Origin: Phoronis australis
Lineage: Eukaryota > Animalia > Phoronida
Length of the DNA stretch: 64,000 nt
Assembly (NCBI GenBank): GCA_002633005.1
Contig: NMRA01000443.1
Location: forward strand, 145,054 to 209,053
Direction of reading: 5' to 3'
Part shown: in pieces, positions 24,701-38,400 of the stretch
Layout: each line of letters opens with the position of its first letter
How positions within the stretch are numbered: position 1 is the first letter of the stretch
Translations under genes and position numbers: made by a program
Notes under the pieces: generated by a model
Databases searched by the model: none
The model's input: the letters and a program-made list of their open reading frames with translations, nothing else
Told to the model about the DNA's origin: nothing

Positions 24701-26380
24701 CGTCCAGGATTGCGTTTCTTCCCTCACGAACGGTCACACTAAAACGTAATGCTAATGTGGAATTTGTTTCTTTGTTGAAATGCTTTTGTTGGCGATCTCA
24801 ATGACGTGCAACGTTTGTGTTATCGGTCAATGTCATTGTGCGCTATCTCGCTGAGGTTGAGATTTATCTGCCATGTCGCACAAATATTTTACGTTAGCTA
24901 ATGCCTTTGCAGTTTTGCTGATTGAGAAAGCGACATCCGAGACAAAGACTTATTTGACTGGCACTGACAACATGATGCAAAACAAAAATGCTAACCTCTC
25001 TGTACATCAGTGTATGAACTGAACGTGTCCCCTTGACCAGTAATCCGTCTGCTACTGTAACCGGAAAATCTGTGCATTCAAGTTTTGCCGTAGTTCATTT
25101 TTGTAACAATGTGGTAACACATTTTCTATCTGTGGCAAAGCGATTAAAGTTGTTCACAAAAGTGCACGTGCCCCCCCCCCCCGAGATGCTGTGTTAAAGA
25201 TCAACCGGGTGCATAGTTGCTACCTGTCTATCAAGTCGATGTAACTAATCCCGTTCGATTTAACTTGCTGTCACTGTGACTACCACCCTGCCTTCTTTCA
25301 AAATGGGAATCATTGACTATTTGCAGCCTAGTAGGTCTAATCAAAATTATAAACCCCTGATACGGCGTTTACAGTTTTGTTTGTTACACGATTCGAAAGA
25401 ACAAGACACATGCGTGGTCGAACACTTTTTAATGGGAGCTGTGATGCCAAAGTTGCAAGCTGACCCAGTGCATGGGAGACCATCCGCTGGGCATGAGTGT
25501 CGCACTGACCTGCACGCGTTTGTTTGCTGACATACGAGCGCCTTATTCAGCGATTGCGCGTACGCCCCATTCAAATACGTGAGCCGGACACAGAGTGGAG
25601 GCGATGCTGGATACTTGTTGACTGGGAACGACTCAAATGTCATTGGATACCCAAAATAAGGACTGAAAGCAGTGCTTTACCACTCGCGCTTAGTACACAA
25701 TTTGAAACTTTTGATTTGACCGATCATCCAGTTTGATAAAATATGCGTTCAAACAACTCTTCATCCGTCTGTGCCTATAATTGGAAGGAAATTTATTTTT
25801 GTGTATTTTGTAAGTTGTACTGTTACAGTAAAGCATACTCCAATTTTCTTGACCGCATCAGGCGAAGTATTCAGATAGTTATGTTTGTGCTATCAGCTTT
25901 TGTAGTGCAAAATTATTTGTTATTTTGTACTAACAGCACCTGGCTTTTAAGTGTAGAATATATTACATGTTGAGAAGGCTTGAAGTTTGAATTATAACAG
26001 ATGTGAAGTTTAACTGAGGATTATTTCAGTGTGAGCGAGTTAGTTACAATAATTGCACTTACTAGAAGAATCAATCAGAGGAACATGTATTAGTTTTTGC
26101 CCTCTTGTCAAAAATATCACATCTGTTTTCACAAGCGTACAGGACCATACATCCATTTCTTCATTGTTGAGCCAACCTGACATAAATAGCAACCTCTGTA
26201 ACTGAAGTCATGAAATTTTTCGAATGCTAGGCATTATATTGCATAAATTCATTAAATATCCATTCCTATTGTCTCCATTTTTTATCATATGTTCTTTTTT
26301 TAAATCTGTTTCGCTGGACCATTGTAACTTTATATTATTTTGTAACCATCGTTTATGTTTTGATAGTCACTAAAACTAAA

Positions 26381-26411
<31 letters not shown>

Positions 26412-29400
26412 TTACCTGTGGCCTCAAGAAAGGAACTGAAATCAATGTCACAGCTACGATCTACCATTCTGAAGTAAAAAATCACACATCAACAGAGTTT
26501 GTTGTTAGGGTTATAACTACCAGCTGGCAAAAGGGGTTTCATTACCAACCAGATCCACAGGAAGTTAATTGACAAGGAACACAGCAACCATGTACCAAGA
26601 CTACAAGTTTGATGCAGTTCTGCACGGACATCAAATATCAGTTGTATTGGACACCCGGAATCGCTGATGAACTTGAATGGATTTTCACTGCTCATCTCAT
26701 GAAGTGTAAGTCTGCATTTTCCAAACACAACACGTACATAATACTATTAAATGAAAGCTGTTGAATCAAGTAACGGACGCTGTCTCGTTGCGTCGTCTTT
26801 GCAAGTACAATATCAATTTTGTTAGTAAGGGATAACGAATGTTTTTCTATTACTCTGTCCTACTTGTGTCGTTCAGTTTTCAGTGGAGTTGTATCCCAAA
26901 GCTAGTACTTTTCAAGGGTACTCAACCGTTAATCATTCAGGGTTACCATTTTCGTGACATTTTGTGGTTTATGCTGGTTCTGTTTCCAACGACCACAAAC
27001 TGCAACGTAATAACATTTTTTATGTACTGTAGAGCCAAAAACTTGTGCGACACTAAAAAGGGAACAAAGTAGATATGTTGGCCACATCTCAAGGGTGCCA
27101 TCTCACACCCTGAGAAATTTGCTTGAACACAATTGGGACTGTTAAGTGTGTGACCAGCATAATTTTGCAAGATTGAATTTTACGTTAATCTCTGATAAAT
27201 TAGTAGTCAGATCTAGATAAATTTTGGGTCGCTTTATCATTTCAAGCTCTTGATTTACATAACTTGTGTGTGGTTGCACTGCATATAGCTTTAATTCTTC
27301 CAGGACATAGTGAGGCAGGAGGGGTGCAGTTACATTCAGGATGGTGTCGAGGAGCTCATGAAAAGCTGGGACGCTGGTGGTTTAAGGCCCACCACCATAC
27401 AAAGTGTGGGTGACCTGGTTTCATCGGCATGGGGCAAAATGGATGAAGATATGGTTAGGTGGTCATTTGCAGTATGCAAACTTTTGGCATGTTCGAGTGC
27501 CAGCTAGATCCTTCAGCTACTAGTCATCCGATAGCATGTTTGATGGCTTGACCAATTATGCAGATGATCCGTTCATTGGATTATAGAGTGTTATCATCAT
27601 GGGATACTGGTTTTACTGGGTCCAAAATTGATGTAGACGGATGGAATTAGCATTAATGTAATGTAAGGCGACCCACTAATTCCATATTCATCTCAATATT
27701 GGATTGAGTAAAGTATGTAGATGTTTCATGAACTTTCGAAGCCATTAGGGTTACCTTGCATCTTTCTGCAAAGCGTGCAATAAAGACTTGTTCTATCCAG
27801 GGAGTTTGTAGTTTTCTTTTCCTGAAGAGCAGACATAAAACAACAGGTATCCACTTGTAAGTGTGGTCCACCACAGTTGCTGAAGTATTAAGAATTCTGC
27901 ATTTTGAACGCCTCCGTTACACAATCAAGAAATACCTGCGTATGTGTGGAACTGTGCAGCTCATATGAGAAATTTAGGCACATGCGTGAATATGCGAAGC
28001 ACTTGGGTACAAAATAGCTGCGCCAAAAATTCATTATTTCGCATATAGGCTCATGGGCCTTTAAGGCACGGCAATATGGTAAATTGCTAGCAAGCAGAGT
28101 GAGGTTCCGGAAGGAGATATGTTTCGCATGATTTCTTTAGCCAGTGGACCTTTTAAGAACAGACCCTGTGCATACCTGAAGGGAGGTCGTGAATGTGATT
28201 GGGCACATGCTGTATACCTACTTGTGCATACCTCTTGCATTTTGTCAGAGTCTTTTAACAAACACGCAATTACATGTTTCAGTGCCAATCTGTCTGTAAA
28301 AAAGATCCAAGAGTAGTCCTACTTGTACAGTGAACTGGTGGACAACGCACCTAATATGTTGTAGATTCAGACGATTTAATCTCTGTGTAACATCATTCGT
28401 CGCGTTGGTTTATTCACTAACAAATGCTCCAAGGCATTATAAGTATTGGCAGTGGTCATGGTGGTGCGATAAAAAGTCGACGTTTCTAATAAAAGACGCA
28501 GAGGTTGAAATTAAAATGAATACCGTTAGTACTGTTGTAAAATTTGCATTTCAGCCCTGTATTTTTGCAGCCTTCTCCTGCGAAAGTCACTTACTAATTA
28601 TTCAAAAGCGTGTGTCTTAAAGATCGTGCGTCGTCCACTTCTGAGTGTCGCGGAGCGTCGTGAATGGCATGTCTTTAACCGTTTGCGGGTTCACTGAATG
28701 ATTCACTGTTCATCTGTACTCAGTAGTACTAAGTCTTCAGGCAACAGTTCCTGATCTGTATTTTTAACTGAATGGCCACTAGCCAAATTTGGGTAAGAGC
28801 ACATCACCGAGGAGTTAATAATTTCACGATTAAGCGTCATCGGCTTTAACTTTCATGTGTCTCGGTAAATATACGCTTGACTCCGTTTCTTAGATTAACC
28901 AAGCTCTGATTTGTTGTCGCCAGCATGTGTCTTGATGGTATTTTTTCTTTTCTTGAAATACGAACCCTAAGCGCGGCGTACCCTGACCAACATTCTTCAA
29001 TATACATACACCACAAGATCGCAAACACTGGTATTTCTAAGTTGCGGCCGGTTCTAGGTTATAATTGTTTTTTCGTGGTCGTAATCTAGCGAGATTACCG
29101 AATATTATTATGTTTGTATCAATCCAGTTAGTCCGTTTGCCTGTCTATGTTTAAGTGCCTGTTCTCTTGTCTGTCTGTTCTCATGTCTGTCTGTTCTCAT
29201 GTCTGTCTGTTCTCATGTCTGTCTGTTCTCATGTCTGTCTGTTCTCATGTCTGTCTGTCCACTCTTTCTTTTCACCATTGTTACACAGTATTTTTAGTTG
29301 CCAAAAATGAAGACTATCATTAATTTTGTTAATTTCATAACTTTGATATAACTATTGCATCATCTCTTCAGCTTCACATGAAAGAATTCAATAGCATGTA

Positions 29401-32400
29401 TACTCTTATGGGTAAATTTCATCTAATGGTTTATCCACTCTCTGTCGTTAGCTGATCATCCAATTTACAATAATTTATTCAACCCGTTATGAGTCCAGGT
29501 GTACATTTTTAGGATGCTTTGCCTGTATGGGAAGACAAACATGACATGTTGTCAGCGCTGCGTGCCTGTAACTATGACCAGTATGACTGTATAGACAACT
29601 ACTTGACTGTTGGGGATCAAAGTAAGTTCTTTTGTATAGGTCACAACCTGACTGTTGGGGATCAAAGTAAGTTCTTTTGTATAGGTCACAACCTGGCTGT
29701 TGGGGATCAAAGTAAGACAGTTCTTTTGTATAAGCCACAACCTGACTGTTGGGGATCATAGAAAGTTTGGTTATAAACATTCTGAGGCATCATCTTGGTT
29801 GAATAAAATGTTGACAGTATCATCTTTAGTGGATACCTTGACCTTGTGATATTATGTTTTGTGGGTAACCTGGCTTTACAACAATTGGGATAGTATTCAG
29901 TCTTAATGTTAACTAGTATGATTTTTCGTCACGTGGTGTTTGCTCAAGCAGTTGTTTTCACATCGACAGTATTGTAATAGACATGTTTGGATTTCATGTT
30001 TGTGGGGGCATCCCTCTAAACATTTTATGAAAGCATTGGGGTTGTGAGTGTTTTTGTTCTCTACCATTGTGGTGTTTGGAGAAAATGAAATGTAAGTAAT
30101 TCAAGTGAATGTAATAAAAGTTGCTTGTAATCATTCCTACTACAATTGAAATTTATGTTCTGGCGATAGTGTTCGTTTAGGAACGGAATTTTGGTGAGAG
30201 TCACTGTTGAGTCAGTGTTGTACACTTACAAGTTGTCTTTATTACAGAACCCCTGGCTTGTCCGAGAAACATCTCTGATGCCAAACAACTGAAAACTAAA
30301 GACAACAAAATAAAAGAACTGGAAAATCAAGTTAACAGATTGGTAAGATATATTGGGTTTTTCTTACAGTTTATTGTCAAAACATTTTGTAATTTTTTAA
30401 CAGTAGAGCCACCTTGTCAAAAATGATGTGTTGTGACTTAGTGTTGGAGATGTAGCTTTGAAAAACACATGTTATCACAGTTTAACTTTAAATCGTTCTT
30501 AATGTTCAAAAATCCTTTTCTTTCCAGAACAAACTATATGAACATGTTGCAACTCAGTTGAGTATTGCTCATGTTGACAATTCACAGCTACAAGAGGAGG
30601 TAAATTATAAGTTTCTTATTTTAGAGTTTTATGACATCAGTGTTTCGCATAAGTCAATTTCAAATTTACCCAAGAAATATTCATTATTTGTATTATGATT
30701 TTGTAAACAGCTAGCTCTCATGCAAATAAGCCTTTAGTTAATAAATCAATAAATATTCTTAATGTCCAACGTGACTTGCCAAGTTTTGTAAACTATATTT
30801 GGTGCTATGTTATTTCTTATAGATTTACGTGTTGCAAGGCCGATTGTCGGAGCAGGAAGCATCCAGCCGTCAAACTAGAATACGAGAAGATTCCCTCAGA
30901 GCAGAACTGGTCAGGCTGAAGGTACTGTCCTGTGTTCACTGAACTTACAGCAACGCTGTGAACTCCGTGAGAAGCCATACAACTTGACTAGTTGCCATGC
31001 AACTTGACTAGTTGCCATGCAACTTGACTAGTTGCCATGCAACTTGACTAGTTGCCATGCAACTTGACTAGTTGCCATGCAACTTGACTAGTTGTCATGC
31101 AACTTGACTAGTTGCCATGCAACTTGACTAGTTGCCATGCAACTTGATCTAATGTGTTGGCAGTAAGTAGTGATTACCATTATACTGGGGATCTGGCAAA
31201 GTATTGCGTAGCGTGTAGCAATCGATTAGATGAAGTTGACTCAGTAGTTAACAATGGCACAGATTTTCACCCAAGCAGAAGAATGGGCTGGGTTTAACAG
31301 TTATGAGTTACAAAAGGGTTTTTCATGTAACAAAAGTTAATAGTAAAAATAACTACTAGTAGATTATTCCTTGTTGAATACTTGAAACATTGCTCTGGAT
31401 AACAATGTAAACTAGCGGCTTTAAATTAGAGTAGAAAAGCCCCAGCGTGGTTTTTAGCTGTAGCTTTGAAATTTTGGAAAATTTGTGCCCTCGAGGTTGT
31501 TGTAATGTGTCATCTTTGTCCTGACTTGTAGTTAATGTATCGAATATGATCAATAGTGCACTCTGGTGTATTTCTTGTTGCTGTCTTTTAAAGAGGCATG
31601 TAACGTGAAAAAGAGAATAAATTGTATTATTCAGAATGTTTCTCTGCTACTAAAACATAATTCAATCTGCTCACTGGGTATTTTTACGGTTTCTTCTTAA
31701 AGATTTTGAATTTCTGTTGATGTCAAAGCATTTTTCTTTTAGTTTCAAATTTCAAAAAACAATCTGTCATCTGCTCGTGACTTAGTGGATTTTTCTCCCA
31801 CAAGTTAAAGGACTTCTCCTTATTTGGTATGGCAGACATAGACATAGAACATATCCCTTTTATGGAAAATGTGACCTTTGACCTTTGATATAAACAAAAC
31901 AAATGTGACTTAAGCAGCAGCCAGTCTGTTTTAGTCTGAACTGTTTGAAATTAGTCACAAATAAAGCATTTAAACATGTTCTAAAGTTATTTTTATAAAA
32001 TTACTTGCTTCAAAGGCTTACCGCATTGTTGACTTCAGATTCGGAGTGCAATCACACATGATAATCTGATGTTAATATCAATCTTATCAGTCAGCTGTTT
32101 GTCGAATGACTGAGTGCATGCGCGCATTCCTCGTAAGTGGGAAGGAGATCAGAAGCTCTGTGGTGACTGCAGAGATTTTCTTTTCGGGTATTTCAAAAAC
32201 TTGTGAATTCTGCAAAGGTGTTCAAATATTGCTTTGTTATTTGCTTATTAAACAGTAGTCTGATGAATTCAGTTCAAACCCGTCTAAACCTATGACTGGA
32301 TTTTCAGCCCGAGTTTGCAAAGGTAGCTGATGTTAGCAACCTTCACCAGGTGGTGCTGCATGTGCTGCAGAAACAAGAGGAAAAACTGAGATTACTCGAG

Positions 32401-35400
32401 AGAAGGGTTCAAGAGGAGAAAATACTGAGAGAGGAGGCAGAGGAGAAGGTGATTTTATTCTATCAGATGAAGGTGCTGTAAATAAATGCACTCAGGAGAA
32501 TTTCATTGGTGGCTATACACCCCACAGCAGCTGTTTGTAAAACATGAGCAGACCACTGAGCCGGGCTCTTTGCACCAGACACCTGTGCCAGGAACTAGAG
32601 ACCTGACTCAAGGGATTAGCAATGGGGTTTAGTGAGATTCGAACCTACAACCTGGTGAACAGGAGGCAGACACTCAATCCTCTAGGTCACACTGCCTCCT
32701 ACAGTTGTTTGTAACTCCCAGTAGAATTTGTTTACTGTGTCGTCACATGAATCATTAGGTCTGGTAACCTCTCGTCTGAGAAAGGAACCAGTTGAGGCCA
32801 GTTGTATAGCAGTGGTTAAAATTAGAAGTTTGCTTCTTGGACTGAATGCAAGTTTATTGCAGCTTTAAGTGAAGGTCCAGAAAACTTAGTGTTGAGGTGT
32901 TTCATGTATGTTGATGAAGAAAAGGGAAACACTTGTTGAAATACTGGAAACAGTAATGTACTAAAACTTATTCAAATGTGCATCATAGACAAGAATGAAC
33001 TTTATTGCATCTTCTTTTTTGGATTCGAACAATCTTAAGAGATGTGTGCTGCTTTCATGTGGACATTGTCGGACACATTGGTGATAATGGTTAACCATAT
33101 TTTGTACTTACAAATGATGCAGGCCTTGAATTTTCAGATGAGGGAGAATGTGCTGTATAGAGAGCCTCAAAAAACTGAAGACCATCAGGTGCAAATGTCT
33201 TCCATCCAAGAAGGGTTGATGAATGAACAGAGAAAGGTGCATAAGCTTGAGCAAGACAAGGTGAATAATTGAATCATGTGGTCACTGCAGGTGTAGTGTC
33301 AATGTTACTGTGCCACTGGTATAGTGTCAGTGTTACTGTGCCACTGGTATAGTGTTAGTGTTATTGTGTCACTGGTGTAGTGTCAATGATACTGTGCCAC
33401 TGGTGTAGTGTCAATGTTACTGTGTCAGTGGTGTAGTGTCAGTGCTACTGTGCAACTGGTGTAGTGTCAATGTTACTGTGTCAGTGGTGTAGTGTCAGTG
33501 CTACTGTGCCACTGGTGTAGTGTCAATGTTACTGTGTCAGTGGTGTAGTGTCAGTGCTACTGTGCAACTGGTGTAGTGTCAATGTTACTGTGCCACTGGT
33601 GTAGTGTCAATGTTACTGTGCCACTGGTGTAGTGCCAATGTTACTGTGCCACTTTTGATAGTTCTGTTCTCAGATTGGCTAAAACACTATTAAAGACACT
33701 TTCTTTTTGAATAAAGATTTGTCCATATTTGTATAATACTGTGGATGTTCATTGTTAAATTATTGCTCTTCATCTCATGAAATTGTCATCATCTTTTCTT
33801 TTAAGACTTTAATGTGCAGCACCCCAAAAAGCTATTTTTCTGTTAAGTCATAGGTCTCAATGACTTCATGACTTTGCTGTGGACTGGACAACCACCACAC
33901 TTATCTATAAAGTTCGCCCATAAACTATTCCTTGCATACTTGAGAGGCATTTAGTAGATTGAAATAAGAATGCGTTTGAGCTTTTAAGTGGTCGGACTCA
34001 TTTCATTGTTTGACAACTCAGTAAAGAGGCAGGGCTATTTTTGCTCCTACACAATCTTTATCTCAGATTTCAAGTTGTGATATGAGTCATGCGGATTATT
34101 CCATGTGCAGTTGATGCTTGAACAACAACTTCAACAAGAACGTGAGTCTTCGAAATTAAAGCAAGCCGATGTGGGGAAACTGAAAGTTGTCTGCGCAGTT
34201 GCAAAGGAGTTGCAAAAATCCAACATCAAGTTGAAGCTGTCTGTCCAGTCAAATTTCAACAGCATTGCACAGCTTTGTTCACAGGTATGATTTGTTTTTA
34301 ACTCTGCCTTGTAAAGAGTAGTGACTGGCGAGCCAATTATGTCCAGCTAGAACAAGAAACTATTTAATAGACTTACAGTATTGTATGTGATAAGTAAGGG
34401 TTTTGGTGCTTCTGTTATTATTATTGTTATTAGTATCATATCTGTTGTTATTATTAGTATCATATGTGCTATTGTTGTCAGTTTCACATCTGTTATTGTT
34501 GTTAGTATCACATCTGTTATTGTTATTAGTATCACATCTGTTACTGTTATTAGTATCATATCTGTCATTGTTTCTAGCATCATATATGTTATTGTTTAAC
34601 TTATTAGTATCATATCCACCTGGTTTTATAATCACTTGTTAAGTGAATTTATTTCACTAGAATCAGTGCTATGAAACTTTTTTCACAGGCTCTTGAAGCA
34701 TCGAGCAAGATTGATACCGTACGAGATTCTGCTGCAAAGGAGGAAGTTGAACAGTTACGAGCACTTTATAGAAAAGAAGCCCTTCAGAGGAAACTTTTAT
34801 TTAATCAGGTATTTGCACTTTACTGTTATGTTAAGTGAAACGTTCACACTTTGAATTGTTGGTTGTTATTGCAACTGACTTATTGCATCCTCCTGCTTTA
34901 GTTTGTTTCAAGGTTATTTTGTAAAGTTGTGTACATGTTTTCTCTGACTGTGACTGGGTTTATTTTGTCCTTAAACATCTTTACAAGCATATGTATTTAT
35001 GACATGGAATGCTGCCCTGTGAATTTATTAACTTTTAAGTCTTTGGTCACGATTTAAGGATAAATGGCAAAACAAACACAAAGATGTTCATTTTCAACAT
35101 TATCACAAAATTGTTATCAGGGACAATGTCAGAGAGAACAACACAAATCCACAACATGTACAATGCAATCATTGGATGTCAAAATGCAAGCACTTGTTAG
35201 TGTGTCATTCTCTATTGTTACCCATGGAATTTTGTGGCATGCTCTCTGTTACTGTCGAAACGATTGTTATAACACAGACTTCAAAGTAAATTTGGGTAGA
35301 CATGTTACATTGTTTTGTGTTAATTATTCTTGATGAAGTTAAAGCTTCAACAAAGCAAAAACATTTTGTTCTGTTATTCATTTGTGTTGCGTTTATGTAC

Positions 35401-38400
35401 ACTGTTATTCAAGATGTGCAATAATTGTGGTGCCACAGACTGTGGTTGATAAGTGACACTGGAGCATCAGTGTCAGGACTGCACCCGGGGACACATGAAA
35501 CTGGCCAACTACTTTCGCCTAGAAATCTATGCTTCTGGAATAGAAACAATGAATTCTATCCCATAATTCAACATTCCAACCTCACTGACCAATCACCACC
35601 ATTTTGATGTGCCACTCCCGAACGTGCTTGCATAACACTTGTGTGGTCTTGAATCTACAGAACACACCCCTTAAACTGGGCAACAAATAGTGATTCCTGT
35701 ATTTGGACTGCCTCTCCAGTACAGTAAATGTCAAAAGTATTCAGACAAAAGTACCCAGAATTCCTTGTCATGTTGGCTGGACAGAAGGCAGATTCTTTGT
35801 CAGTCAAGCTTTCTGTTATGAGTGAGCGCGAAGAGGAATTCACAGAAAAGTTTAATGGCTAAACCATTCTATTATTAGAATTTTGCAGAATTTTTGTCTA
35901 CCTAATAGCTTCAAGATTTACGAGGCAACATTCGCGTCTTTGCGCGCTGTCGTAAGGATTTGCTGGTGGACTGTTGTATGGAGTTCCCTTCAGAGGAAGA
36001 GCTTGTGGTCAGAGTGAGTGGAAGTGTGAAGAGATTTGAGTTTAACAGAGTGTTTGGACCAGACACATCCCAGAAGCAGGTGTGTACTCCGTAGAATGGG
36101 GTCTTTCTAGTGCTCTACTAGTGCTCTACTAAGTTTGATTTTATTGAAGATTTGGGTAAAGCCATGTTTGAATTAAATTTTGTTTGCTTATATAGAGTAT
36201 TTTGACTAATATGTGATGCGTATTTTCGATGATTACTATTTATATTCAAGACCATGCACTGAAACTTTTCACTAATTTGAACTGATAGTATTCAATGTAC
36301 TTATTTTCTGTCACACTCCATTTACATCATCCAAGTTAAGGCTCAATTGAACTCTCCATGTTCCTTATAGGTGTTTGAGGATACGCTACCCATAGTGACA
36401 TCTTGTGTTGATGGATATAACGTTTGCATCCTTGCTTATGGACAGACAGGCTCAGGCAAAACACATACCATGATGGGACCGTCCAGTGACCCTGGAGTTA
36501 ACATAAGGTCTGTGGAGGGATCACATGAAGAGATTGTATTGTTGTAATTATTCTTGTTATTGTTGTTGTTGTTATTACTAGTACTAATTGAATATCTTAG
36601 ATAAGTCTTGTCACGTGACCTGTTAAATACAAGTCACTGTTTGGAACTGAAAACTTGTAGTTTGATTTTTATGTTTGATCAGTGGTCTGGATGTCACATT
36701 GGAATAGATCATCTGTATGGACTGTGCTCTACCAGTGGTATGGATATCACATTAGACTAGATTGTCTGCATGGACTGTGTTCTACCTGTGGGCTGAATAT
36801 CACGTTGGACTAGATCATTTGCTCGAACTGTGTTCTACCCCTAGTCTGGATAGTGCAGTGAACTAGATCCTCAGCTCAGACTGCTAAAAGGACCGAAGTA
36901 ATCCTGATAGGTACAGAATTCTTTTCAGACTTGCAGTTTTCATGTCACTTGATGTGACTTTTCAGATATAACTGTGTATGGCAAACTAAGTGACATGGGG
37001 TGTTTTTGAAGAAGTTGATTGTGTTTGTTTCACTTCATTCTCAGGGCTATTCAAGAACTGCTGCGCATCACCTCTGAGCGATCACAGGTTGAGTATACGC
37101 TCAAAGTGTCAATGGTCGAAATATACAACGAAAACGTGATTGACCTTTTGACCCCTGGTGCGTCTGTACTCAATGTGCAGTCAAATGGGAATCAGGTATG
37201 TCTTTATGCGAATGATCTTGCACCTGGGGCCATATGGAAATGAGATATTAACTCCATCTAAATCTCATATGCTACAGCATGTTACATTTAAGCTGGTCTG
37301 CACTCAGTAAAGGCTGTTAAGAGTTCATCTGTGAATAGAAAACTTAGGCAATTACTGTACTATGCATTAAGACTCATCACCATTGAACAAAACTGGGATT
37401 TCAAAGAATTTTGTATTTCACAGGTGAAGATCGTTAACCTGAGGGAGACGGTGGTTCGAAGTCTGCAGGACATTCATGAAACAATGGAGACTGGTATGGA
37501 GAACCGGCACACTGCAGCCACCAAGATGAACTCTCAGAGGTGCGTTGTGCCAGAGCTGCATTATAACATTATAAATGCCTTCATGATTATAGTTGCCTTC
37601 ATAATTATACTATAAATTTTATAGTGAATTTTTTGTTACGAAGACGGTCTTTATGGCCTGTAGATGTATTTGTAACTCAACCTCATTTCTAATTATTAGC
37701 ATCAGGTATTACAGCTCGGTTGCCTAACCACCCACTGAACGATACTTATTCCTTATTGTTGGGATTTGAATAGCTTAGACCACAAACACCACCCACTGAA
37801 TGATACTTATTCCTTGCAGTTGGGATTTTGAATAGAATAGACACCACCCACTGAACGATACTTATTCTTTATGGTTGGGATTAGAATAGCATGGACCATA
37901 AACCTGTTGTTTACTAAATTAATAACTTGGATGTCTTGTTTTGGGATTGGGGAACTGGGACAGTTATCAGTGATAGCACTATCTACAGTTTTATGGAGAA
38001 CACTTTGTTTGTACACGTAATAACTGAAATGCCTGTAAAGAATTTGGATGTATTTAAGTATGAATAGCTCATGGTTGAGCACACTTTAAGCAAGTGTGAG
38101 AGATTATGGAACACAATTGTAACTGCAAATGTCTCTAGAAGAGCCAGATTGGAATTGGTCACACTTGTGTCATGAATAAATGAGAGATAATTTTTTTAGA
38201 ATTCTGGACGGAGATCATTCACATTAATGCGAGTGGCTTTTACGTGTAGGATGAAACGTAAATGCACTGGCCACTTGCCTTTGAATCGTCTAACCACATA
38301 CTGCAACAAGTTACTGTCTATGACCTGTTGTAGTGGGCTAGAGCTCATGGGATGTGATACCTTTTCCCTGCGCAAGCTAATTTAGACTTGCGTGCTTAGA

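Noticed and set aside
29604-33652. Regular 20-45-bp arrays resembling CRISPR
   Set aside because: No unique spacers, no cas genes and a eukaryotic intronic context; these are minisatellites.
34347-34642. Four overlapping low-complexity ORFs
   Set aside because: Products of a stop-poor 24-bp intronic minisatellite.
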